Assembly: GCA_038363005.1 (NCBI GenBank)
Contig: JBBQBI010000009.1
Location: 2,376 to 66,375, forward strand
Direction: 5' to 3'
DNA from: Rhodospirillales bacterium
Lineage (GTDB): Bacteria > Pseudomonadota > Alphaproteobacteria > Kiloniellales > JACOMY01
Length of the DNA: 64,000 nucleotides
A program made the position numbers and the translations under genes. Shown here piece by piece: positions 22,057-31,848 of the stretch. The notes under the pieces are model-generated. The model worked only from the letters and a program-made list of their open reading frames with translations, did no database searches and was not told where the DNA came from. The stretch's first letter is position 1. Each line of letters starts with the position of its first letter.

Positions 22057-24798
22057 ATGGCCGCCATGTGGGATGGCCTGATCGCCACCAAGTTCGTCGT
22101 GCCGCCGCCGCGCACCGATGCGATCGCTCGGCCACGGCTGCTGCAGCTGTTGGAACGCAGCGAGGAAGTGCCAGCGACCCTGCTGCTGGCACCGGCGGGC
22201 TCCGGCAAGTCGACCCTGCTGGCCGACTGGTATCGCCGGCTGGAGGCGCGCGGCCACGCCATCGCCTGGCTGTCGCTCGACCCCGACGACAACGAGCCGC
22301 TGCGGTTCCTCAGCTACCTGGTGGCGGCGCTGACCCGGGCCGAGCCCAGCGTCGGCGCCCGTGCCGCCGCGCTGCTGCGCAGCGTCCCGGTGGCCGACGC
22401 CGAATCGCTGCTGCCGCTGATCGTCAACGACCTGGCGGCGGTGCAGGCGCGGGTCGCGCTCTTCGTCGACGACCTGCATGTGCTGAGCAGCCCCGCCATC
22501 GCCCAGTTCCTCGACAAGCTGCTGGCCTATGCGCCGCGCAACCTGTCGCTCTATCTCGCCAGCCGCAGCGAGCCGACGCTGGCGCTGGCACGCCTGCGGC
22601 TGCACCAGCAGGCCGTGGTGCTGACGGAAATCGAGCTGCGCTTCGACCTCGACGAGGCCGAGCTGTTCCTCAACCGCCGCCGCGCGCTGGCGCTCTCGGC
22701 CGCGGACCTGCGGCTGCTGCACGCCAAGACCGAGGGCTGGGCCGCCGGCCTGGGCCTGGCCTCGCTGGCGCTGGAGCGGCGCCAGGCGCGCTCCGCCTTC
22801 CTGCAGAGCTTCTCCGGCACCGACCGCGACGTGGCCGAGTTCCTGGCGCACGACGTGCTGCTGCGGCAACCCGACGAGGTGCAGCAGTTCCTGCTCGCCA
22901 CCTCGGTGCTGACCCGCTTCGACGCCGCCCTGGCGCGCGAAGTCACCGGCCGGGCCGACGCCGCCGCCATGCTGGAGCGGCTGCGCAGCGCCAACCTCTT
23001 CGTGGTGCCGCTGGACGACCAGGGGCGCTGGCTGCGCTATCACCACCTCTTCGCCGATTTCCTGCGCGCCCGGCTGGAGCGGCGCCACCCCGGCGCCACG
23101 GTCGGCCTGCACCGCAAGGCCGCCGCCTGGTACCAGGGCCAGGGCGAAGTCGATGCGGCGCTGTTTCACTGGCTGGCAGCCGGCGACGACGACCGCGCCG
23201 CCGCCTACATCGACGACGTCGCCATGGAGTACCTGACGCGCGGCCAGCTGATGCTGATCCGCGACTGGCTGGCGCGGCTGCCCGAGGCAGCGATCCGTCG
23301 CCGCCCGCGCCTGGGCTTCATGGAATCCTGGATCGGCTTCCACATGCTGGAGCCGCGCCGTGCCTATCGCGCGCTGAAGGCAGCCAGGCGCGCGCTGGGC
23401 CCCGGCGCGCACCCGATGGACGACGACGCGCCCAGCCTGTCGCCCGCCATGCTGGGCGAGCTGCGTACCCTGATCGCCGGCACGCTGTCGGCCGCCGACC
23501 ATAACCGCTGGTCGCGCGACCTGGCGCTGCGCTGGCTGCCGCGGCTGCCCAAGGACCAGCCCTTCCTGGCCGGCGTGCTGGCCAACATCCTGGGCTTCAG
23601 CCACTACACCCTGGGCGACATGGACCTGGCAGCCGAGGCGGCGGAGCGGGCACGCGCCGAGCACCTGCGCGGCCGCTCGGTCTTTGGCATCGTCTACGCC
23701 GACCTGATCCTGGCCCTGGTGGAGAAGGCGCGCGGTCGCCTGGGCGCCGCCCAGGCGCTGCTGGAGCGCGCCCGCAGCCTGGCGCGGGAAACCCAGGGCA
23801 GCCCGTCCTATTCCGAGGCGCTGGTGGCGGTCTTCCTGGGCGAGCTGGCCTACGAGCGCGGCGACCTGGCGGAGGCCGACCGCCTGCTGACCGAGAACAA
23901 CTACATCATCGAGGGCACGGCACTGATCGTGCATGCCCTGGCCGGACACCTGCACTTGGCCCGCCTGGCGGCCCTGCAGGGCCGCGAGCAGAGCGCGCTG
24001 GAGATCCTCGACCGCGCCGAAGCGCTGGGGCGCGACCGGCTCTATCGCCGACTGCGTGCCGGCGTGCTGAACGACCGCGTCCGCCTGCTGCTGCAGCTAG
24101 GCGACCTGGCCGCCGCGCAGGCCGCGCTGCGCCGAGCCGGACTGCAGAACGAGCGCCTGCTGGCCAGTGCCCCGCCGCCCACCCCGGCGGTCGAACTGGA
24201 ACGCGTCGCACTGGCCCGCGTGCTGCTGGCCGAGCAACGGCCCGACGCGGCGTTGAAGATCCTGGAGGAGCTGGCCGGGCGCATGGAACGCCAGGGCCGC
24301 GACCGCCGCCTGGCGCAGGTCAACTGCCTGAAGGTCGTGGCGCTGGACCGCATGGGCCGCCGCGCCCAGGCGCAGGAGCTGCTGTCCCGCACCCTGGCGA
24401 AGGCCGAGGCGCAGGGCCTGCTGCGCACCATCGCCGACGAGGGCCGGGCGCTGAAGCCGCTGCTCAGCGACTTGCTGGCCCGGGTTTCGGCGCTGGGCGG
24501 CGGGCCGCCGACTCCGGCCTACCTGCAGCGCCTGCTGGCCGCCCTGGCACAGCCTGGGCAGAAACCCCGCCCGGCGCCCCGCCCCCTGGCGGTCAACCTG
24601 GTCGAGGCGCTGTCGCCGCGCGAGCTCGACATCATGCGGCTGCTGGCCGAGGGCGGTTCCAACGCCGCGCTGGCCCGCGCACTGGCACTGTCGCCCACAA
24701 CGGTGAAATGGCACCTGAAGAACATCTACGGCAAGCTGGGCGTGGCCAGCCGCACCCAGGCGGTGCTGGCGGCGCAGAGCCTGAGGCTGCTGAGCTAG
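22057..24798 (+). CDS. MalT-like LuxR-family transcriptional regulator (P-loop NTPase, TPR-like region, LuxR HTH)
   Basis: Walker A is LLLAPAGSGKSTLL and Walker B is LFVDDLH. The C-terminus reads LSPRELDIMRLLAEGGSNAALARALALSPTTVKWHLKNIYGKLGV. Confidence 0.9.
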   Translation: MAAMWDGLIATKFVVPPPRTDAIARPRLLQLLERSEEVPATLLLAPAGSGKSTLLADWYRRLEARGHAIAWLSLDPDDNEPLRFLSYLVAALTRAEPSVGARAAALLRSVPVADAESLLPLIVNDLAAVQARVALFVDDLHVLSSPAIAQFLDKLLAYAPRNLSLYLASRSEPTLALARLRLHQQAVVLTEIELRFDLDEAELFLNRRRALALSAADLRLLHAKTEGWAAGLGLASLALERRQARSAFLQSFSGTDRDVAEFLAHDVLLRQPDEVQQFLLATSVLTRFDAALAREVTGRADAAAMLERLRSANLFVVPLDDQGRWLRYHHLFADFLRARLERRHPGATVGLHRKAAAWYQGQGEVDAALFHWLAAGDDDRAAAYIDDVAMEYLTRGQLMLIRDWLARLPEAAIRRRPRLGFMESWIGFHMLEPRRAYRALKAARRALGPGAHPMDDDAPSLSPAMLGELRTLIAGTLSAADHNRWSRDLALRWLPRLPKDQPFLAGVLANILGFSHYTLGDMDLAAEAAERARAEHLRGRSVFGIVYADLILALVEKARGRLGAAQALLERARSLARETQGSPSYSEALVAVFLGELAYERGDLAEADRLLTENNYIIEGTALIVHALAGHLHLARLAALQGREQSALEILDRAEALGRDRLYRRLRAGVLNDRVRLLLQLGDLAAAQAALRRAGLQNERLLASAPPPTPAVELERVALARVLLAEQRPDAALKILEELAGRMERQGRDRRLAQVNCLKVVALDRMGRRAQAQELLSRTLAKAEAQGLLRTIADEGRALKPLLSDLLARVSALGGGPPTPAYLQRLLAALAQPGQKPRPAPRPLAVNLVEALSPRELDIMRLLAEGGSNAALARALALSPTTVKWHLKNIYGKLGVASRTQAVLAAQSLRLLS

Positions 24799-24828
24799 CG
24801 ACAATTGACCTAGCGCCCTATCGCCCCA

Positions 24829-24846
24829 CCCCTCCTTTCGGAGGGG
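24829..24846. terminator. GC hairpin CCCCTCC-tttc-GGAGGGG downstream of the regulator gene (REP-related; weak terminator candidate)
   Basis: The 7-bp perfect stem starts 31 nt after the stop codon. No U-tract follows, and a CCCCTCTCC REP-like half-site comes next. Confidence 0.3.
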
Positions 24847-24903
24847 GCCCCTCTCCGCCGACCCGTTAGCCTGCCTATGCAGACACCAGGGAGGATCCGC
24901 GCC

Positions 24904-26004
24904 ATGGCGACCGGTTGGCTCGTGCACGAACTCTACATGTGGCACTCGACCGGCAACTACGCCTCGGTCTTCCCGCCGGGTTTGACCATCGAGCCGGACG
25001 AGCATGCCGAGAACCCGCGCACCAAGCGGCGCTTCCGCAACCTGCTGGAGGTCGCCGGCCTGGAGGAGCGCCTGACGCGGATCAAGCCGCGCCCGGCGAC
25101 CGAGGGCGAGCTGGCGCGCTTTCACACCACCGACTACCTGCGCAGCATCAAGGAGATGAGCGACAAGGGCGGCGGCGACACCGGCTACCTGACACCCTTC
25201 GGCGCCGGCGGCTACGAGATCGCCAAGCTGTCGGCCGGCGGCACCATCGCCGCGGTCGACGCGGTGATCGAGGGGCGGGTGAAGAACGCCTATGCCCTGG
25301 TACGGCCGCCTGGCCATCACGCCGAGCGCGATCGCGGCATGGGTTTCTGCCTGTTCGGCAATGTCGCCGTCGCGGTGATGCATGCGCGCGCCGTGCACAA
25401 GCTGGGCCGCGTCGCCACGGTCGACTGGGACGTGCACCACGGCAACGGCACCGAGCAGGCCTTCTATGAGGACGGCGAGGTGCTGACCATTTCACTGCAC
25501 CAGGACCGCCTCTTCCCGCTCGACACCGGCGCGGTGAAAGACAACGGCAAGGGCAAGGGAGAGGGCGCCAATATCAACATCCCGCTGCCGCCCGGCAGCG
25601 GCGTCGGCGCCTATATCGCCGCCTTCGAGCGCGTGGTGCTGCCGGCGTTGCGCCGCTTCAAGCCGGAGTTGATCGTCGTGCCCTCGGGCTTCGACGCTGG
25701 CGGCAACGACCCGCTGGGCCGCATGATGATGACCAGCCGCGGCTATGCGCAGCTCACCCGCCTGCTGATGCAGGCGGCCGACGAGCTCTGCGGCGGCCGA
25801 CTGGTGCTGTCGCACGAGGGCGGCTACTCGCCGGTCCATGTACCCTATTGCGGACTGGCAGTGATGGAAGAGCTGTCCGGGATCCGCTCCGGCATCGAGG
25901 ATCCCTGGCTGGTCAACATGGAGGGCTGGGGCCAGCAGGAGCTGATGCCCCATCAGGCAGCGGCGATCGCCGACGCGGCGGCGCTCGTGGACCGCATCCG
26001 TTGA
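24904..26004 (+). CDS. histone-deacetylase-family amidohydrolase (acetylpolyamine/acetoin-utilisation type)
   Basis: Motifs are RPPGHHAERDRGMGFCLFGNVAVA, DWDVHHGNGTEQAFY and SGFDAGGNDPLG. Confidence 0.9.
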   Translation: MATGWLVHELYMWHSTGNYASVFPPGLTIEPDEHAENPRTKRRFRNLLEVAGLEERLTRIKPRPATEGELARFHTTDYLRSIKEMSDKGGGDTGYLTPFGAGGYEIAKLSAGGTIAAVDAVIEGRVKNAYALVRPPGHHAERDRGMGFCLFGNVAVAVMHARAVHKLGRVATVDWDVHHGNGTEQAFYEDGEVLTISLHQDRLFPLDTGAVKDNGKGKGEGANINIPLPPGSGVGAYIAAFERVVLPALRRFKPELIVVPSGFDAGGNDPLGRMMMTSRGYAQLTRLLMQAADELCGGRLVLSHEGGYSPVHVPYCGLAVMEELSGIRSGIEDPWLVNMEGWGQQELMPHQAAAIADAAALVDRIR

Positions 26005-26045
26005 GCCGCGCGACAACACAACAACAGGCTGAGGGAGACAGCACC

Positions 26046-27383
26046 ATGACCGACAAGATTGCTGAGAAGCTGGAGAAGGCCGCGACGCTCGGCCGGCGCG
26101 AGCTGTTCAAGCGTGGCGTGGTCGCCGCCGGTGGCTCCGCCGCCATCCTGGCCGGCCTGAATGGCGAGGCAAAGGCCGACGGCGAGCCCATCCCGGTGGG
26201 CCAGGCGGCGCCGTTGACCGCCTTCGCCGCCGCCGACGGCATCGAGTTCCAGAACGGCTTGAACCTGGCCTGCGAGGAAATCAACGCCATGGGCGGCATC
26301 CTGGGCCGCCCGCTGGAGCCCTACTTCGAGGACACCAAGGAGATGGGTGACGCCACCAACGTGCAGGCGGTGCAGCGCCTGATCGACCGGCACGGCGTCT
26401 ACGCCATCCTGAACGGCTACAACGTCGGCAGCGGCACCGCGATCCAGGACGTCGTCGCCGACGCTGGGATCATCTACGTCCACTACGACACCACGATCGG
26501 CCACAACAACCTGATCAAGTCGGACCCGGAGCGCTACTACGGCTCCTTCCAAGGCGACCCGGCGGAGTACTGGTACGGCCCCGGCTACCTGAAGTTCATG
26601 GCCCAGCTCGAGGAGCAGGGGAAGTGGAAGCGCGCCAACAACAAGATGGCGATCATCACTTCGGCCGGCGTCTATTCGGTCAACATCGCCAACGCGCTGC
26701 GTGACACCGGCAAGGACTACGGCTGGGAAATCAGCCTGTTCGAGACAGTGAACGTGCCGATCTCGGAATGGGGCCCGACCCTGGCCAAGCTGCGCGCCGA
26801 CCCGCCGGGTGCCATCGCCATCACCCACTTCTATCCGCAGGACCTGGCGCAGTTCATGGTGCAGTTCGTGCCGAACCCGACGCCGTCGCTGATCTACATG
26901 CAGTACGGCCCGACCCTGCCGTCGTTCCGCGAGGTCGGCAAGGACGCGGTGAACGGCGTGCTCTTCGCCACCGTCGTCGGCTGCCTGCAGGACGAGATCG
27001 GCAAGGCCTTCGAGACCCGCTACAAGGCCAAGTTCGGTCCCAATGCCGGGCACATGTCGGGCGGCCAGTCCTATGACGGTGCCTACATCTGGGCGATCGC
27101 CGCGGCGCTTGCCGGCGGCCCTGGCGAACAGGGCAACGACGAGCAGAACCGCAAGGTGGCAGCGCGCATGCGCCAGCTCATCTATCGCGGCGTCAACGGC
27201 ACCACCCGCTTCATCCCGAACGAGAACGCGGCCTACACCTATCCGACGCAGGTCAACGACTCCTCGCTCGGCATGCCGCATCTCTTCCTGCAGCATCAGG
27301 ACTACACCAAGGATGCGACCCTGATCGCGCCGGCGCCCTATGGTGTCGGCGACTTCAAACTGCCGCCTTGGCTCAAGGCCTAG
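26046..27383 (+). CDS. Liv/amide-type ABC substrate-binding protein with a twin-arginine signal
   Basis: The Tat-like signal reads MTDK..LGRRELFKRGVVAAGGSAAILAG. A type I periplasmic binding fold pattern (PVGQAAPLT.., NLACEEINAMGGILGRP) follows. Confidence 0.85.
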   Translation: MTDKIAEKLEKAATLGRRELFKRGVVAAGGSAAILAGLNGEAKADGEPIPVGQAAPLTAFAAADGIEFQNGLNLACEEINAMGGILGRPLEPYFEDTKEMGDATNVQAVQRLIDRHGVYAILNGYNVGSGTAIQDVVADAGIIYVHYDTTIGHNNLIKSDPERYYGSFQGDPAEYWYGPGYLKFMAQLEEQGKWKRANNKMAIITSAGVYSVNIANALRDTGKDYGWEISLFETVNVPISEWGPTLAKLRADPPGAIAITHFYPQDLAQFMVQFVPNPTPSLIYMQYGPTLPSFREVGKDAVNGVLFATVVGCLQDEIGKAFETRYKAKFGPNAGHMSGGQSYDGAYIWAIAAALAGGPGEQGNDEQNRKVAARMRQLIYRGVNGTTRFIPNENAAYTYPTQVNDSSLGMPHLFLQHQDYTKDATLIAPAPYGVGDFKLPPWLKA

Positions 27384-27390
27384 GCGTCGC

Positions 27391-28188
27391 ATGACGGCGA
27401 CCGCCACCAGCCAGCCGCTGCTCGAGGTGACCGCCGTCACCAAGAGTTTCGGCGCGCTGGTGGCGGTCGACCGCCTGTCCTTCACGCTGGCGGAAGGCGA
27501 GGTGCTGGGCATCGGCGGGCCCAATGGCGCCGGCAAGACCACGCTGTTCGAGGTCATCTCCGGCCTGTCGCCAGCCACCACCGGCAGCATCCGCTTCGCC
27601 GGACAGGACATCACGCGGCTGTCGGCGGAAGCGATCTGCCACGCCGGGATCGCCCGCACCTTCCAGCTCAATGCCGCCTTCGACAGCCTGACCGTGCGTG
27701 AGAATGTCGAGGTCGCGGCGCAGTTCGGCCGCGCCAACCGCGGCGTGCCGGGCCTGCGGCTCGACCGCCGGACCCGCGCCGCGGTGGACGAGGCGTTGGA
27801 CATCACCGGGCTTGGCGACCGCCAGCACCGCGTCGCCGCCAAGCTGCCGGTGCTCGACCGCAAGATGCTGATGATCGCCGCCGCGCTGGCCACCGAGCCG
27901 CGCCTAGTGCTGATGGACGAACCGGTCGGCGGCCTGACACCGGGCGAGATCGACCGCGTCGTCGCCCTGGTCGAACGCCTGCGCGGCGAGGGCCGCAGCA
28001 TCATCCTGATCGAGCACGTCATGCGCTTTCTGGTGCAGCTGTCCGACCGGGTGCTGATCCTGCATCACGGCGAGAAGATCTATGAGGGCGCGCCCAAGGG
28101 CCTGGTGCAGGACGCCCAGGTGATCGACGTCTACCTGGGCCAGGGCGCCTCGCAGCGCCTGGCCGGCTACATGGCGGGGCGCGCGTGA
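27391..28188 (+). CDS. branched-chain-type ABC ATP-binding protein (LivG-like)
   Basis: Motifs are GGPNGAGKTTLF and LVLMDEPVGGL. Confidence 0.9.
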   Translation: MTATATSQPLLEVTAVTKSFGALVAVDRLSFTLAEGEVLGIGGPNGAGKTTLFEVISGLSPATTGSIRFAGQDITRLSAEAICHAGIARTFQLNAAFDSLTVRENVEVAAQFGRANRGVPGLRLDRRTRAAVDEALDITGLGDRQHRVAAKLPVLDRKMLMIAAALATEPRLVLMDEPVGGLTPGEIDRVVALVERLRGEGRSIILIEHVMRFLVQLSDRVLILHHGEKIYEGAPKGLVQDAQVIDVYLGQGASQRLAGYMAGRA

Positions 28189-28898
28189 GCGGCGCGTTGG
28201 AAATCCACGACCTCAGCGCCGGCTACCTCGGCCGCGATGTGCTGCATGGCATCTCGCTCAGCGTGCCGGCGCAGGGCCTGGTCGCCATCATCGGTCCCAA
28301 CGGCCATGGCAAGACCACGCTGCTGCGCGCCATCTCCGGCCTGGTGCCGCGCGCCACCGGCAGCATCACGCTGGACGGCCGTCCGCTGCAGGCGCTGCGG
28401 CCCGACGCCAGGGTCGCCGCCGGTGTGGTGCAGGTGCCGCAGGGCGACATGGTCTTCGCCGAGATGACGGTGCTCGACAACCTGCTGATGGGCGCCTACC
28501 TGCCGGCCGCCGCCCGCGGCGCCAAGCAGCGCCTGGAGGAGGTCTTCACCCTGCTGCCCAAGCTGGCGGAGCGGCGGGCGCAGGTGGCCTCGACCCTGTC
28601 CGGCGGCGAGCGGCGCATGCTGGGCATCGGCCGCGGCCTGATGGCCGATGGCCGCGTCATCCTGCTGGACGAACCGTCGCTCGGCCTCGCCCCCATCATC
28701 ATCGAGCAGATCTACGCGCTGATCGCCCGCCTGAAGGCCAGCGGCCGCACCCTGGTGGTGGTGGAGGAAAATGCCGCGCGCGTCGTCGAGCTGGCGGACG
28801 CCATCTACCTGCTGGACGACGGCCGCTTCGTCTGGTCCGGCGCCGGGGCGGAGCTGATGGCCCGGCCGGAGATTCTGGAGACCTACTTCGGCGGATGA
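28185..28898 (+). CDS. branched-chain-type ABC ATP-binding protein (LivF-like)
   Basis: Motifs are GPNGHGKTTLL, LSGGERRML and ILLDEPSLGLAP. It overlaps the upstream gene by 4 nt. Confidence 0.9.
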   Translation: MSGALEIHDLSAGYLGRDVLHGISLSVPAQGLVAIIGPNGHGKTTLLRAISGLVPRATGSITLDGRPLQALRPDARVAAGVVQVPQGDMVFAEMTVLDNLLMGAYLPAAARGAKQRLEEVFTLLPKLAERRAQVASTLSGGERRMLGIGRGLMADGRVILLDEPSLGLAPIIIEQIYALIARLKASGRTLVVVEENAARVVELADAIYLLDDGRFVWSGAGAELMARPEILETYFGG

Positions 28899-28916
28899 AA
28901 AATCGACCGACCAAGG

Positions 28917-29028
28917 GCCCTCACCCTACCCTCTCCCGCCAGACGGGGGAGTGGGGGGGCTTGTGGCTCGCTCCCGCAGCTATCGCCCCCCTCTCCCGCT
29001 TCGGGCGGGAGAGGGCCGGGGTGAGGGC
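28917..29028. repeat. pair of inverted REP-type elements (GCCCTCACCC..CCCTCTCCCGC hairpins)
   Basis: 28989-28999 pairs perfectly (11 bp) with 29005-29015. 28917-28959 holds a degenerate copy in the opposite orientation, with outer arms GCCCTCACCC and GGGGTGAGGGC. Together they fill the 151-nt gap inside the liv operon. Confidence 0.75.
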
Positions 29029-29049
29029 GTTCGGTATGTCGGTGTCCCC

Positions 29050-29934
29050 ATGAGCCTCGACATCATCATCCAGATCATCGCCTCGGGCCTCACACTGGGC
29101 GCCATGTATGCGGTCTCTACCGTCGGGCTGTCGCTGGTCTGGGGCTCGCTCGGCATGTTGAACATGGCGCACGGCGGGCTGATGGCCTTCGGCGGCTATG
29201 CCGCCTACTACGCGATGAACGCGCTGGGCCTGCCGCTGCTGCCGGCGCTGCTGGCGGCGATCCTGGTCGGCGCCGTCCTGGGCGCCATCGTCTATCACGG
29301 CGCGGTGCGCCTGATGCTGCGGCAGAAGGCCTTCGAAACCAACGTGGTGATCGCCACGGTCGGCCTGGCCTTCGTGCTGGAGAACGCCATCCAGAAGCTG
29401 TTCGGCGCCCAGGCGCAGCGCCAGCCGCTGCAGGTCGAAGGCGCCATCGAGGTCGGCAACGTCGTGGTGCCGCTGCAGAACATCGTGATCCTGGTCACCG
29501 CCCTGCTGCTGATGCTGATCGTCGCGCTGCTGCTGCAGAAGAGCCGCATCGGCCGCGCCATCCGCGCCACCGCGATGAACCGCGAGGCGGCGCAGCTGAT
29601 GGGCGTGCGGGTCGGGCAGATCTATGCCCTGGTGCTGATGCTGGCGGGATCGCTGGCGGCGGTATCGGGGGTGATGATCTCCTCGCTCACCGGGCTGTCG
29701 CCCGGCGTCGGTGCCGACCCCATGCTGAAGGCCTTCATCATCTGCATCGTTGCCGGGCTGGGGAACGTCTATGGCGCGGTCGGCTCGGCCCTGGCGCTGG
29801 GGCTGATCGAAGCGCTGTCGCAGTTCGTGCTGGGCGTGCGCTTCGGCTTCGCCACGCTGCTGCTGATCGTCATCGTCGTGCTGATCTGGCGGCCCAACGG
29901 GTTGTTCGGCCGGCAGCAGGTGACACGCCTATGA
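29050..29934 (+). CDS. branched-chain-type ABC permease (LivH-like)
   Basis: The N-terminus MSLDIIIQIIASGLTLGAMYAVSTVGLSLVWG is typical, and the protein is multi-TM. Confidence 0.9.
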   Translation: MSLDIIIQIIASGLTLGAMYAVSTVGLSLVWGSLGMLNMAHGGLMAFGGYAAYYAMNALGLPLLPALLAAILVGAVLGAIVYHGAVRLMLRQKAFETNVVIATVGLAFVLENAIQKLFGAQAQRQPLQVEGAIEVGNVVVPLQNIVILVTALLLMLIVALLLQKSRIGRAIRATAMNREAAQLMGVRVGQIYALVLMLAGSLAAVSGVMISSLTGLSPGVGADPMLKAFIICIVAGLGNVYGAVGSALALGLIEALSQFVLGVRFGFATLLLIVIVVLIWRPNGLFGRQQVTRL

Positions 29935-30905
29935 GCGCGCGCGGCCATCTGCTGATCGGCCTGGTGGTGGTGTTGCTGGCCATCGCCCTGCCCTTCGTCT
30001 TCCCGATCAACTACGTCATCACCCAGGTCACGCTGCTGTTCGTCTGGGGCACCGTGGTGACGCAGTGGAACCTGGTCTATGGCGTCGCCGGCATCTTCTC
30101 GCTGGCGCAGATGGCGCTCTTCGCCGTCGGCGCCTATGCCGCCGCCATGCTGGCCTTCTACTTCGGCTGGTCGCTGTGGCTGGCCATGCCGGTGGCGGCG
30201 CTGATCACCGTCGTGGTGTCGGTGCTGGTCGGGCTGGCCTGCCTGCGGCTGCGCGGGCCCTATGTCGCTCTGCTGACCCTGGCGATCGCCCAGGTGCTCT
30301 ACCTGGTGATCGTCAACGACACCGACTGCTACACCACCGAGGGCTCCGGCTGCCTGCCCTTCTTCGGCGGCGTGCGCGGCCTGACGCGCTTCGGCGACAT
30401 GGGCTTCCGCGACTGGCTGGGACAGGACTGGCGCCTTGGCCACTACTTCGTCGCGCTGGCACTGCTGGCGCTAGCGCTGGTCTTCTCCGCCGTCATCATG
30501 CGCGGGCCGCTGGGCCTGGCCTTTCGCGCGCTGCGCGACAACCCCGGGCTGGCGCGCTCGCGCGGCATCAGCCGTTTCAAGTACCAGATCTGGGTCTTCG
30601 CCCTCTCGGCCTTCTTCACCGGCCTGGCCGGCGCCTTCTACGCCGCCAATTTCAAGACCATCGGGCCGACGGTCTTCTCCTTCTCGCTGCTGCTGTTCCT
30701 CATCGCCATGATGACGGTGGGTGGCATCGGCACGCTGTGGGGTCCGCTGCTCGGCGCCCTGCTGCTGATGGGCGTCGACGAGGGGCTGCGCGAGGTGCAG
30801 GACTGGCGTGACATCGGCCTTGGCCTGCTGCTGGTGGTCTTCGTCATCCTGCTGCCGCAGGGCATCGTCGGGGCGCTCAGTCGCCGCGACCGCGGCGGCG
30901 GTTGA
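29931..30905 (+). CDS. branched-chain-type ABC permease (LivM-like)
   Basis: It is multi-TM, carries GIFSLAQMALFAVGAY, and overlaps livH-like by 4 nt. Confidence 0.9.
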   Translation: MSARGHLLIGLVVVLLAIALPFVFPINYVITQVTLLFVWGTVVTQWNLVYGVAGIFSLAQMALFAVGAYAAAMLAFYFGWSLWLAMPVAALITVVVSVLVGLACLRLRGPYVALLTLAIAQVLYLVIVNDTDCYTTEGSGCLPFFGGVRGLTRFGDMGFRDWLGQDWRLGHYFVALALLALALVFSAVIMRGPLGLAFRALRDNPGLARSRGISRFKYQIWVFALSAFFTGLAGAFYAANFKTIGPTVFSFSLLLFLIAMMTVGGIGTLWGPLLGALLLMGVDEGLREVQDWRDIGLGLLLVVFVILLPQGIVGALSRRDRGGG

Positions 30906-30951
30906 CAAGGACTCCCGGCGGTAGGACGACTCTCGGCGGGAGGACCGCAAT

Positions 30952-31830
30952 ATGACCACAGGGATGCAACTGGGATATCTGGTGATCGAAGCCAGCAGCC
31001 TGGAGCGCTGGCGCGACTTCGCGGCCGAGGCCATCGGCCTGCCGGCGCCGCTGGCGAACCCCGACGGCAGCCTGGGCTACCAACTCGACGACCGCGCCCA
31101 GCGCTTGATTCTGACCGAGGGCCCAAGCGACGACCTGGCGGCCCTGGGCCTGGAGCTGGCTGACGAAGCGGCGCTGCAGCGGCTGTACGACCGTTTGACC
31201 GCCGCCGGCGTTGCCGTCAGCGAGGGCGATGCCGCGCTGGCACGCAGCCGCCGTGTGCGTCGCCTGGTGCGCTTCGCCGATCCCACCGGCCTTGCCGTCG
31301 AGGCGGCGCTGGGGCTGGAAGCGGCGGCACAGCCCTATGCCTCGGACGTGATTCCCGGCGGCTTCAAGACGAGCAACGGCTTCGGTCACGCGGTCATGAT
31401 GACCGGCGATGTGCCGACGGCCGAGCGCTTCTACTGCGACGTCCTGGGTTTCCGTCCGACCGAGCGCCTGCGCGTCACCTATGCCGGGCAGGAGATCACC
31501 GGCGTCTTCCTGCACTGCAATCCGCGACACCACTCGGTGGCGCTCTTCGCCGTGCCGGCGCCGCGCCGCCTGCACCACGTCATGCTGGAGGCGCGGGACC
31601 CCCGCGACGTGGCCCGCGCGCAGGCCAAGGCGATCAAGGCCAAGGTGCCGCAGACGCTGAGCCTCGGCCAGCACCCGGCGCCGGACAGCACCTTCTCGTT
31701 CTACGCCGTCACGCCGTCGGGCTTCGACTACGAGATCGGCGCCGGCGGCAACACCATCGAGCCGCAGGGCTGGCAGGAACTGCAGCTCAATCGCATGAGC
31801 GACTGGGGCCACGAGCCGGCGCACGCCTAG
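30952..31830 (+). CDS. type I extradiol ring-cleavage dioxygenase (BphC/HsaC-like, VOC superfamily)
   Basis: Motifs are LGYLVIEASSLERW, GFGHAVMM, FLHCNPRHHSVAL and HHVMLE. A GGGAGG RBS is present. Confidence 0.8.
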   Translation: MTTGMQLGYLVIEASSLERWRDFAAEAIGLPAPLANPDGSLGYQLDDRAQRLILTEGPSDDLAALGLELADEAALQRLYDRLTAAGVAVSEGDAALARSRRVRRLVRFADPTGLAVEAALGLEAAAQPYASDVIPGGFKTSNGFGHAVMMTGDVPTAERFYCDVLGFRPTERLRVTYAGQEITGVFLHCNPRHHSVALFAVPAPRRLHHVMLEARDPRDVARAQAKAIKAKVPQTLSLGQHPAPDSTFSFYAVTPSGFDYEIGAGGNTIEPQGWQELQLNRMSDWGHEPAHA

Positions 31831-31848
31831 CAGCCGGCAGCGGGCAGC

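Noticed and set aside
20053-23955. 1300-aa minus-strand ORF spanning the 3' end of the kinase gene, an intergenic region and half of the regulator gene
   Set aside because: It is antisense to genes with clear domain motifs. Its product is R/A/G/Q-rich with no motifs and runs through intergenic DNA. This is the typical stop-codon-poor shadow frame of very GC-rich DNA. The same applies to 25953..28022, 4944..6557, 9955..11109, 31867..33126, 32807..34645, 35824..37680, 37635..39077, 41610..43901, 45349..47160 and 60813..62639.
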